This document shows positions 1 to 7,168 of a stretch of DNA of 29,379 nucleotides, piece after piece. Source of the stretch: Chitinophagales bacterium (GTDB lineage Bacteria > Bacteroidota > Bacteroidia > Chitinophagales > Chitinophagaceae). The stretch's first letter is position 1. The number at the start of each line of letters is the position of its first letter. Under the pieces are notes generated by a model. That model was given only the letters and a program-made list of their open reading frames with translations, had not been told where the DNA came from and did not search any database. The DNA is taken from NCBI GenBank assembly GCA_038258625.1, contig JBBSPP010000001.1, positions 1 to 29,379 on the forward strand, written 5' to 3'. The translations under genes and the position numbers were made by a program.

Positions 1-134
1 GTACCTTTAATATAAACACTTGCAAATGGTAGCGGGTTGCCCGTAGCTGCATCTTTTACTGTGCCAGTCATTGTTTGTGCCTGCGCAACTTTAATTATAA
101 AAAAGCTAAGAAAGATGAAAAAAGTCGTTTTCAT
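1..134 (-). CDS. Partial CDS (5' end only, runs off the window): secreted protein beginning with a CarboxypepD_reg-like domain, e.g. a TonB-dependent receptor or DUF5686-type protein
   Basis: Not in the ORF track. Minus-strand translation from ATG at 134 gives MKTTFFIFLSFFIIKVAQAQTMTGTVKDAATGNPLPFASVYIKG: a signal peptide followed by the G-x-V-x-D-x-x-T-G-x-P-L-P-F-A-S-V motif typical of this domain. Confidence 0.75.
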   Translation of the reverse strand, partial: MKTTFFIFLSFFIIKVAQAQTMTGTVKDAATGNPLPFASVYIKG

Positions 135-151
135 AAAAAGGGGGTTTGGAC

Positions 152-159
152 CAAAAGTA
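152..159 (-). promoter_or_regulatory. Bacteroidota sigma70 -7 box (TACTTTTG) for the gene starting at 134
   Basis: Exact match to TAnnTTTG, 17 nt upstream of the ATG. Confidence 0.55.
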
Positions 160-307
160 ATCTTTATATTTTCACATTGCCCGTGCGAATTGCGCGCACG
201 GTTTATACATTACACAAACGGTTGCTCTATAAAAAATTGCGTCTTCACTGAAAAATTTCTTTAGAAAAATCACAACTTTTCGATTTCCTGATTGGTTTTA
301 TAATTCC

Positions 308-460
308 ATGATAGCACCCAACAATCCATCTCCATTTGCCCAAAGTCCACATTTGCCTGAGCTACTGATACAGCTTGATTGCAGCATTGCTATAAGCACA
401 TTTCAGGCGGGCAAAATTATTTTTATTTCAGCATGGGAGGGTTGGTATAAATCAAAATAG
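308..460 (+). pseudogene. Truncated N-terminal remnant of a TIGR03032/DUF4915-like protein
   Basis: 50-aa ORF MIAPNNPSPFAQSPHLPELLIQLDCSIAISTFQAGKIIFISAWEGWYKSK*. The stretch SP-x-LPELL-x-x-L-x-CS-x-AIST-x-QAGK-x-IFIS matches the N-terminus I recall for this family, whose members are several hundred aa long. Similarity stops after IFIS. Confidence 0.6.
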
Positions 461-530
461 AAGGATTTTTTGATACATAAAAAGGTGAACTAAGTCCCAA
501 AAATTCGCTTAAAAAAGAGAAGATAAGTTT

Positions 531-814
531 CAATCCATTATCCAAAAAAAGTTTGGCAATGTCTGCCACTCGGCGAATGTTTTCCATTCTATCTTCTAGG
601 CTAAAACCAAGATTATTATTAATGCCAGTGCGAAAACTATTGCTATTTAAAACGGCTGCGCTGTACCCAGCATCAAAAAGTTTTATTCAAAATTTTGTGC
701 CAAGATACTTTCACCCGCGCCATATAATTCCAAAAACCGTTGCTTACAAATTGATTTTTTTTCTTTTAGTTACCGCTGAATCGGTTGGGTTTGATTTTGA
801 AAAATATTGGACAT
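531..814 (-). pseudogene. cysC: Degraded adenylyl-sulfate kinase gene (5' half)
   Basis: Not in the ORF track. From ATG at 814: MSNIFQNQTQPIQR*LKEKKSICKQRFLELYGAGESILAQNFE*, then a -1 frameshift to KLFDAGYSAAVLNSNSFRTGINNNLGFSLEDRMENIRRVADIAKLFLDNGL. This matches the CysC motifs GxGKSTLA and LDGDNxRxGxNxxLGFSxEDRxENIRR. In-frame stops at 770-772 and 683-685; P-loop Lys replaced by Glu. Confidence 0.8.
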
Positions 815-830
815 GAACACTCAAATTTTA

Positions 831-1982
831 TTACAAAATAGGATGCCGTTTAAATGCAATTGTTCGATCAAAAAGATAGCGGTATGTTGAAAGTCTGCGC
901 ACTTCTTCCGCTTCCAAATTTTTTGCAAGGTTTAGCATTTTTGGGTTAAAATCGCCCAGCCATTGCATTTCATATTTTAAATATCGCATGCTTGGTTGCA
1001 CCTCAAACGAGCATTCTACAATCATATAAGCGTCCACTCCTTTCCCCTGAAACTCAGGCACCACGCCATATACAACGCCTACAAAACGCTTACACGTTTT
1101 GCGGAAACGAAGCCATGCAAACTTTAATTTTTGATACCACCCTAGCTTACCATTAAAATGTTTGAAATACTGATTGAGATCTGGAATGTTAATCCACATC
1201 GCAATTGGATTGCCTTTGTGATACACAAACCACACAATTTTTTCGTCAATAATATCTTTCATTTTGGCAAACATAAATTTTGCCTGTCGTAAATCTAACT
1301 CCTTGCCGCCGCCGTGTTGGGCGAATGCCTTATTATAAATCGTTACAAAATCTTCGGCAAATTTATCCAGCTCTTTCACACGAATATGCTCGGCGGTAAA
1401 GTCGGGATTGTCGGCATATTTTTTATGAAGTTTCAAAAACTTTTCTGAAAGTTGCTGCGATACATCCATGCCCGGGCATATTTGATTAAAATAAACTTGG
1501 AAACCATAATTCTCAAAAAGTTGCACGTAGTAGGGCGGATTATAATTCATGTTGTAGAGTGGCTCTTCAAAACCTTTTACTAAAAGCCCCCACCATTTAT
1601 CACGCTCGCCAAAGTTTATTGGACCGTCCATGGCCTCCATTCCATGGTCCACTTGCCACGCCTTAGCGTGGTCAAACAAAAAATTTGCCGCATCTTGATT
1701 ATCGATACATTCAAAAAAACCAATGCCGCCGGTGGGTTGATCGTTCTTCCATTTTTTACTTGTAAAAACGGCTAAGCGTCCAATATTTATATCATCCCCA
1801 TTTTTTAAAAGCCACCGCTCGCAATCGCCAAATTTGTAAAACTTATTTGTCTTAGGGTCAAAAACATCTTCAATATCTTTATCTAAAGGACGGATAAAGT
1901 TTGGGTCGTTCTTATAAATTTCCAACGGAAATAATAACCACTGTTTTGCTTGTTCTTGATTTTCGACTACCTCAATTCGCAC
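831..1982 (-). CDS. YghO-like GNAT-fold putative N-acetyltransferase
   Basis: Motifs GGIGFFECID, AMDGPINFGERDKWWGLLV, YNPPYY and VVPEFQGKGV. The start is more likely GTG at 1982 (directly after a -7 box) than the track start at 2006. Confidence 0.7.
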   Translation of the reverse strand: MRIEVVENQEQAKQWLLFPLEIYKNDPNFIRPLDKDIEDVFDPKTNKFYKFGDCERWLLKNGDDINIGRLAVFTSKKWKNDQPTGGIGFFECIDNQDAANFLFDHAKAWQVDHGMEAMDGPINFGERDKWWGLLVKGFEEPLYNMNYNPPYYVQLFENYGFQVYFNQICPGMDVSQQLSEKFLKLHKKYADNPDFTAEHIRVKELDKFAEDFVTIYNKAFAQHGGGKELDLRQAKFMFAKMKDIIDEKIVWFVYHKGNPIAMWINIPDLNQYFKHFNGKLGWYQKLKFAWLRFRKTCKRFVGVVYGVVPEFQGKGVDAYMIVECSFEVQPSMRYLKYEMQWLGDFNPKMLNLAKNLEAEEVRRLSTYRYLFDRTIAFKRHPIL

Positions 1983-1986
1983 GGGG

Positions 1987-1994
1987 CAAATATA
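1987..1994 (-). promoter_or_regulatory. -7 box (TATATTTG) 4 nt upstream of the GTG start at 1982
   Basis: Exact TAnnTTTG match. Confidence 0.55.
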
Positions 1995-2059
1995 TAAATT
2001 GTACAATAATTATTTAGGGTTTAATTTTATCCAATATCAAAAACTAAACAACATAAGAT

Positions 2060-2374
2060 ATGAAATACTTACTGCCAATATTATTCGCGACCGTCATTTT
2101 TTCGTGCGGTGTAAAAAAAGAAACAAAGACTATTTCGAAGGACAACAATTCAGTGTCCTCTAAAGGAACGGATAAAGCAGCATCCGGCGACCTTGACACA
2201 GCTTATGTAGAAAACCCAGTAACAGGAAATATCCAAATGATTGTTACCAAAAAAACGACATCAATTTCGCAAGAAAGTATGAACATCAATTCCTTACCAC
2301 CAGCAAAAAGTGGTGATACTGTTTATGTGGAAGACCCAAAGACGGGTGATATTCAAATGATTATTGTAGATTAA
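2060..2374 (+). CDS. Small lipoprotein with two internal copies of a DTxYVE(N/D)PxTGxIQMI motif
   Basis: Lipobox-like IFSC after a hydrophobic signal peptide; repeats at 2195-2245 and 2315-2365. Confidence 0.75.
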   Translation: MKYLLPILFATVIFSCGVKKETKTISKDNNSVSSKGTDKAASGDLDTAYVENPVTGNIQMIVTKKTTSISQESMNINSLPPAKSGDTVYVEDPKTGDIQMIIVD

Positions 2375-2457
2375 ATCAGCAGTAATTATTCTGTATGGTC
2401 TGCATACAGATTAATAGATTAATCTAATTTTAATGAATATTCTAAACTTTTCAAAAC

Positions 2458-4995
2458 ATGAAAAAATTATTCTGTTATAAAAAATATGCATATACATTTT
2501 TATTTTGTTTTGCATTTTTTTTCAGAGCTGATGCTCAAAACTATGTATTCGATTGGGTCAAGCCACAAGGGGGCTTTGCATATTCAAAAATAACACATGA
2601 TAGTCTTGGCAACATTTATACATATGGAGACTTGGCATCAACTGCAGATTTCGACCCTGGTCCTAGTGTATTTAATCTTACTTCAAATGGTAATCAAGAT
2701 GTTTTTGTTTCCAAGCTTGACAGCAACGGCAATTTTCTTTGGGCCAAACAATTTGGTGGTGCGGGAGTCGAACAGGCACATGATATGAAAATAGATGCTG
2801 CCGGGAATGTGTGCATTACGGGACGTTTTTATTTAACCGTTGATTTCAATCCTGGACCGGGCGTTTTTAATCTTACGTCAAATGGCTCTTGGGATATTTT
2901 TGTACTGAAGTTAGACCCGAATGGCAACTTTATTTGGGCGAAACAAATTGGTGGCCCTGGATATGACCTTGGTGTGGCCCTGGTGACCGATCCTTCCAAC
3001 AATATTTACATCAATGGAAATTTTGAAGATTCAGCTGACTTTGATCCTGGTCCTAATGTACAAATGAAAGTTAGCCAAGGCAGTTCGGATATGTTTATTT
3101 GTAAGTTAGATGCAATGGGACAGCTAATATGGGTGGACCATATCGGTAATTTCAATCAAGGCTATCTTAGTTCCTTAGCCATTGATGACTCATGCAATTT
3201 ATTCTACACTGGTTTTTTTCAGAATATAGTCGATTTTGATCCCGGCTCTGGAACATTTAATATGAATGCATTTCCTGGTGACGATATTTTCGTTTCAAAA
3301 CTTGATAGTGCTGGCCACCTTGTTTGGGCAAAGCAATTTCCTTGTTCGCTTTATGGTCGTGGGGGTAAAATTGCAGTTGATCACCAAGGGAATGTTTATA
3401 GCACGGGAATCCTTACGTACACAATAGATTTTGACCCTGGACCAGGTGTTTATAACCTAATTGGTCAAGGAGTTACCCCTTGGGATTTATATCTTAGTAA
3501 ACTTGATGCGCAAGGAAATTTTGTATGGGCAAAACAAATAATAGGCGATCACAACAATATTATTGACGAATTAACATTGGATCATCACGGAAACGTTTAC
3601 ATCGCGGGCACAAACAAGGATACCACGGACTTTGACCCAAGCCCGAACACCTATAGCGTAGTATCCCAGGGCGGCGGAGATATTTTTATTGTTCAATACG
3701 ATACATCAGGAAATTTTAATTGGCATAAAAAAATAACAACAAATTTTGACGAAAGCTGTCACGGCTTGTCGTTCAACAAACATGGTGACTTGTTTGCCAG
3801 TGGCTATTTTAAAGTAACAGCAGACTTTGATCCTGGGCAAGGAGTATTTAATATGACACCTAGTACTACTTTCGGCACCTTTATTTTAAAACTAAACCCA
3901 TGCAATTCAAGTACGTACGCTACTATATTTGATACTGCTTGTACTAGTTATTTAAGTCCAAGTGGCAATTCTTTGTGGACTAATTCTGGTACTTATATTG
4001 ACACAATAGCCAATGCGATGGGTTGTGACAGTATTATCACAGTTAATCTTATAATTTCTAACATTAGTACTTCTTACTCTTTTTCGGTAACTGCTTGCGA
4101 CACCTATACATCACCCAGCAACAATTTTACGTGGACCAATTCCGCCATTTATTATGATACCATCCCAAATAACTCGGGCTGTGACAGTCTATTGACTATC
4201 AATCTCACCATAAACAATAGTTCTAGCACCACTATTAGCCAGGTAGCTTGTAACTCATATACATCGCCAAGTAATCTGTATTCATGGACGACCAGCGGTA
4301 CATACAAGGATACAATTTCAAATAGTAGTGGTTGCGACAGTATTATAAATATCCAGCTAACCATTACTCAAAATGTAAGTGCCACAATTAATCCATCGGT
4401 TTGTAACTCTTACACATCACCTAGCAATAATTACTCTTGGACAATTTCTGGCACCTACCAAGATACCATTCTCACCACTGCCGGTTGTGATAGTTTTATT
4501 ACAATAAATCTTACCGTAAACCCTACTATTGATACTTCGTTAATCAACAACTCGCCAGTACTAACCGCAGTGGAAAACGGAGCTACCTATCAATGGATAG
4601 ATTGTTCCAATGCAAACGCTCCTTTAATTGGCAAAACATCGCAAAGTTTTACAGCATTAGCTAATGGCAATTACGCTGTGATTATCAACAAAAATGGATG
4701 TGTGGATACATCGACATGTTACAACATAATGAATGTAGGCATTTCAGAATTTAGTAAAGAGGATTTTTCAATTTTTCCAAACCCTTCTAACGGTAAAATA
4801 TTTATTGATTTAACCAACACTAAACTTCCCGAGGAGATTATCATGCGAAATTCTATGCAGCAAATAATTTCAACTTTCAAAACTATTAGACCCGAAAACA
4901 TGGAAATTGTTTTACCTGAAATTACAGGAGTGTATTTAATCGAATTCATTTATAAAGACAAACCAAAATTCTATTACAAAGTATTAAGAAATTAA
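2458..4995 (+). CDS. T9SS-secreted protein: seven DFDPG (SBBP-type) beta-propeller repeats, four Cys-containing ~51-aa repeats and a type A CTD
   Basis: Signal peptide ending ADA-Q; seven DF(D/N)P(G/S) repeats followed by K-L-D-x-x-G-N-x-x-W-A-K-like segments; four C-x-S-Y-T-S-P-S...GCDS-x-I-T-I-N-L-T units; C-terminal IFPNPSNG...GVYLIEF. Confidence 0.85.
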   Translation: MKKLFCYKKYAYTFLFCFAFFFRADAQNYVFDWVKPQGGFAYSKITHDSLGNIYTYGDLASTADFDPGPSVFNLTSNGNQDVFVSKLDSNGNFLWAKQFGGAGVEQAHDMKIDAAGNVCITGRFYLTVDFNPGPGVFNLTSNGSWDIFVLKLDPNGNFIWAKQIGGPGYDLGVALVTDPSNNIYINGNFEDSADFDPGPNVQMKVSQGSSDMFICKLDAMGQLIWVDHIGNFNQGYLSSLAIDDSCNLFYTGFFQNIVDFDPGSGTFNMNAFPGDDIFVSKLDSAGHLVWAKQFPCSLYGRGGKIAVDHQGNVYSTGILTYTIDFDPGPGVYNLIGQGVTPWDLYLSKLDAQGNFVWAKQIIGDHNNIIDELTLDHHGNVYIAGTNKDTTDFDPSPNTYSVVSQGGGDIFIVQYDTSGNFNWHKKITTNFDESCHGLSFNKHGDLFASGYFKVTADFDPGQGVFNMTPSTTFGTFILKLNPCNSSTYATIFDTACTSYLSPSGNSLWTNSGTYIDTIANAMGCDSIITVNLIISNISTSYSFSVTACDTYTSPSNNFTWTNSAIYYDTIPNNSGCDSLLTINLTINNSSSTTISQVACNSYTSPSNLYSWTTSGTYKDTISNSSGCDSIINIQLTITQNVSATINPSVCNSYTSPSNNYSWTISGTYQDTILTTAGCDSFITINLTVNPTIDTSLINNSPVLTAVENGATYQWIDCSNANAPLIGKTSQSFTALANGNYAVIINKNGCVDTSTCYNIMNVGISEFSKEDFSIFPNPSNGKIFIDLTNTKLPEEIIMRNSMQQIISTFKTIRPENMEIVLPEITGVYLIEFIYKDKPKFYYKVLRN
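2647..3900 (+). repeat. Seven coding repeats of ~65 aa (DFDPG/SBBP beta-propeller blades)
   Basis: First DFDPG at 2647 and last at 3823, giving a mean period of 196 nt. Confidence 0.8.
3931..4521 (+). repeat. Four tandem coding repeats of 51-52 aa, each with two conserved Cys
   Basis: First Cys codons at 3940, 4096, 4249 and 4402 (periods 156, 153, 153 nt). Confidence 0.85.
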
Positions 4996-5007
4996 ATAGC
5001 CAAAGAA

Positions 5008-5469
5008 ATGAAACACTACCAAAAAGTAATTTTTTTCCTAATCGTAAACTTTGCCGCACTTGGTTTGGGTAATATATTACAAGGCGAAGGCCCAAGCGGC
5101 GATTGGTATCAAAACTTGAACCAAGCACCGTGGACGCCGCCCGGTTGGATTTTTGGCGCCGCGTGGTTTTTTGTCATGTTCTGCTTTTCTTTTTTTATGG
5201 CGCACCTCACCAAGTATGAAACTCGGAATAAACTAATTGCGTTGTTCTCCGTCCAATTTTTTCTGAATGTAATTTGGAATGCAATTTTCTTTAAACATCA
5301 AATGATTGGCTTGGCACTTATAATTATTATTTCGCTGGCAATTTTGATAGGTTATTTTCTTTTTGTTTATGGAAGAAAACTTAAAATCAAAACGCTTTTA
5401 ATTGCGCCTTATTTCATTTGGCTTTGCATTGCTACTAGCCTAAATATCTATATGCTTTGGTATAATTAA
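5008..5469 (+). CDS. tspO: TspO/MBR-family tryptophan-rich sensory protein
   Basis: WYQNLNQAPWTPPGWIFGAAW, LNVIWNAIFF and PYFIWLCIATSLN motifs; five hydrophobic segments. Confidence 0.9.
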   Translation: MKHYQKVIFFLIVNFAALGLGNILQGEGPSGDWYQNLNQAPWTPPGWIFGAAWFFVMFCFSFFMAHLTKYETRNKLIALFSVQFFLNVIWNAIFFKHQMIGLALIIIISLAILIGYFLFVYGRKLKIKTLLIAPYFIWLCIATSLNIYMLWYN

Positions 5470-5478
5470 ATACGGATT

Positions 5479-6051
5479 ATGAAAACAATTTTACTAGCTG
5501 TTATATACTTCATTTTTTGCCTTCCAACATCTGCACAATCCAATATTGCCAATATTCAATATCACGTTTCGGGGCTGGACACAAGTTATGAAGAACAACA
5601 AAATCAAACGGAGGTTGAAATGATAATCACCGAGCAAGTGACAGGTGTAAAATCATATAATGGCGAGGCTGTTTATAAGGAGTACGAGGTGAGTGGTTTG
5701 GAGCAAAACTTACAATGCATTATTCAAATGCAAGTAGCCGTATCACAGGCTTTTCGTAAATATCGAAGATTGATTGGTGTGGGTAAATATACTTTTGGGT
5801 TGGGCTGGGCTACCATTAGCAAAATGGGCGAATTGGTGAGTTATTATTTAATACTGCCCGAAAAATTTCCGTTTATAAATTATGAAGAAAAAGAAAATGC
5901 GCAAGAGTTTGAAAGTATGATTGCAACCTTCGAAAAAGACTTGAGCCAAGCCATTGAGAAAAATAAAATATGGACAGCCGGCACCAAAAATGGTGAAGCT
6001 GTGCATGCATATTTTGATGAACCTATTGAATTTTCGATAGAAATAAAATAA
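5479..6051 (+). CDS. Secreted protein with a divergent TonB C-terminal-like domain
   Basis: Signal peptide; the C-terminus KIWTAGTKNGEAVHAYFDEPIEF resembles the TonB_C motif W-x-P-G-x-x-N-G-x-x-V-x-x-x-x-x-x-P-I-x-F. Confidence 0.5.
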   Translation: MKTILLAVIYFIFCLPTSAQSNIANIQYHVSGLDTSYEEQQNQTEVEMIITEQVTGVKSYNGEAVYKEYEVSGLEQNLQCIIQMQVAVSQAFRKYRRLIGVGKYTFGLGWATISKMGELVSYYLILPEKFPFINYEEKENAQEFESMIATFEKDLSQAIEKNKIWTAGTKNGEAVHAYFDEPIEFSIEIK

Positions 6052-6053
6052 AC

Positions 6054-6061
6054 TAACTTTG
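6054..6061 (+). promoter_or_regulatory. -7 box (TAACTTTG) upstream of the META gene
   Basis: Exact TAnnTTTG match in the short intergenic gap, 42 nt before ATG 6104. Confidence 0.55.
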
Positions 6062-6103
6062 CTCAAATACTCAACAAATTTTTAAAATACGTTCAGCCAG
6101 AAT

Positions 6104-6604
6104 ATGAAACATTATTTAATTTTCGCCATCCTATTTTCTGTTTGTTTTTCGTGTAAAACGAAAAAGCAAGCCACACAAAAAAACAACGCCACCACCGAAA
6201 CTTTTTATATAGAAAATAAAGAAACAGGCAAGCAAATGAAAATGACGATAGCTGAAAATGCCAGCCCCGAAGGTGATTGGATATTAAAGAATATTGATGG
6301 CACTAGTAATGAAGAAGTTTCTCGAATTTCTATGACCATTGGCTTTGATGAGAAGGATAAAAAAGTGAGTGGTAATGATGGCTGCAATAATTATTTTGGG
6401 CAGCTTGCTTCTTTCGATAAAAAAAATATAACCTTTGGCGCACTCGGTGCTACCAAGCGGGCTTGCATTGTTCCTGCTCGTTATGCGCAGCCTTTTTATA
6501 ATGCTATGGGAAATGTAAAAACCTATTATGCAACGAGCGAGTATCTAGTTTTTAAAGATGCTGATGGCAAACAACTGCTTCAGTTTTTGAAGAAAGAGGA
6601 TTAG
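6104..6604 (+). CDS. META-domain (HslJ-like) lipoprotein
   Basis: Lipobox CFSC; W-x-L-x-x-I-x-G, VSGNDGCNNYFG and FGALGATKRAC motifs with the conserved Cys pair. Confidence 0.88.
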   Translation: MKHYLIFAILFSVCFSCKTKKQATQKNNATTETFYIENKETGKQMKMTIAENASPEGDWILKNIDGTSNEEVSRISMTIGFDEKDKKVSGNDGCNNYFGQLASFDKKNITFGALGATKRACIVPARYAQPFYNAMGNVKTYYATSEYLVFKDADGKQLLQFLKKED

Positions 6605-6608
6605 GAGA

Positions 6609-7106
6609 ATGAAAATAATTCTTACAATTCTAGTGATTTGTTCGTTTACGTTTTGTCTTACAAATAGTAAAATTCATAAAGAGTTTATGGAATACTCGGA
6701 CATATATATTTATGAAAGTGATATAATTTCTGAAAAAATAGAGGGCGGCAGAATAGAATATTTAGATTCGAACATGGCTCGGGAAGCATGGCTACAACAT
6801 AAAAAACATTACATTTTATATCAAGATTCCTTCTACCTGCATGTTTACAATGAAAATCCAAAAAAAAAGTTGCATTGGATTGATTATCTAGTTGAAAATT
6901 ATACTAACGATTCTTCCAGAATATCTGAATTAGTACTTTTCGATGGTGAATTTAATTTGACGATTCAACGAGTGTATACTGGAGACCAATGGATTCAGGA
7001 GAAAGGTAAATACTTTGACAAAGAAGTTTGGCATTTTGGACTGGGTTCTGAATTTTATTACTGTGATAGTATTCAAGTTCTCAGTAATAATTACCCTTGG
7101 AAGTAA
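6609..7106 (+). CDS. Hypothetical exported protein
   Basis: 165-aa ORF co-oriented with its neighbours; N-terminal hydrophobic signal; no family recognised. Confidence 0.6.
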   Translation: MKIILTILVICSFTFCLTNSKIHKEFMEYSDIYIYESDIISEKIEGGRIEYLDSNMAREAWLQHKKHYILYQDSFYLHVYNENPKKKLHWIDYLVENYTNDSSRISELVLFDGEFNLTIQRVYTGDQWIQEKGKYFDKEVWHFGLGSEFYYCDSIQVLSNNYPWK

Positions 7107-7168
7107 ATAAAACCATCATCAAATCATCAAATCGCCGAATTACCAAATCCATTCTATAACTTAGCCGC

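Noticed and set aside
181-201. GC-rich hairpin CCGTGCG-N7-CGCACGG in AT-rich intergenic DNA
   Set aside because: Only a 7-bp stem, no T-tail and no second copy of the whole hairpin in the window, so no function can be assigned.
37-264. Track ORF 37..264 (+)
   Set aside because: It lies antisense to the real minus-strand CarboxypepD_reg-like gene start and has no recognisable features.
553-816. Track ORF 553..816 (+)
   Set aside because: It is the antisense shadow of the cysC remnant.
180-1985. 13-bp inverted match CCCGTGCGAATTG at 180-192 (+) and 1973-1985 (-)
   Set aside because: Several 13-mer matches are expected by chance in 29 kb; one copy is coding sequence, and there is no recombinase or target duplication.
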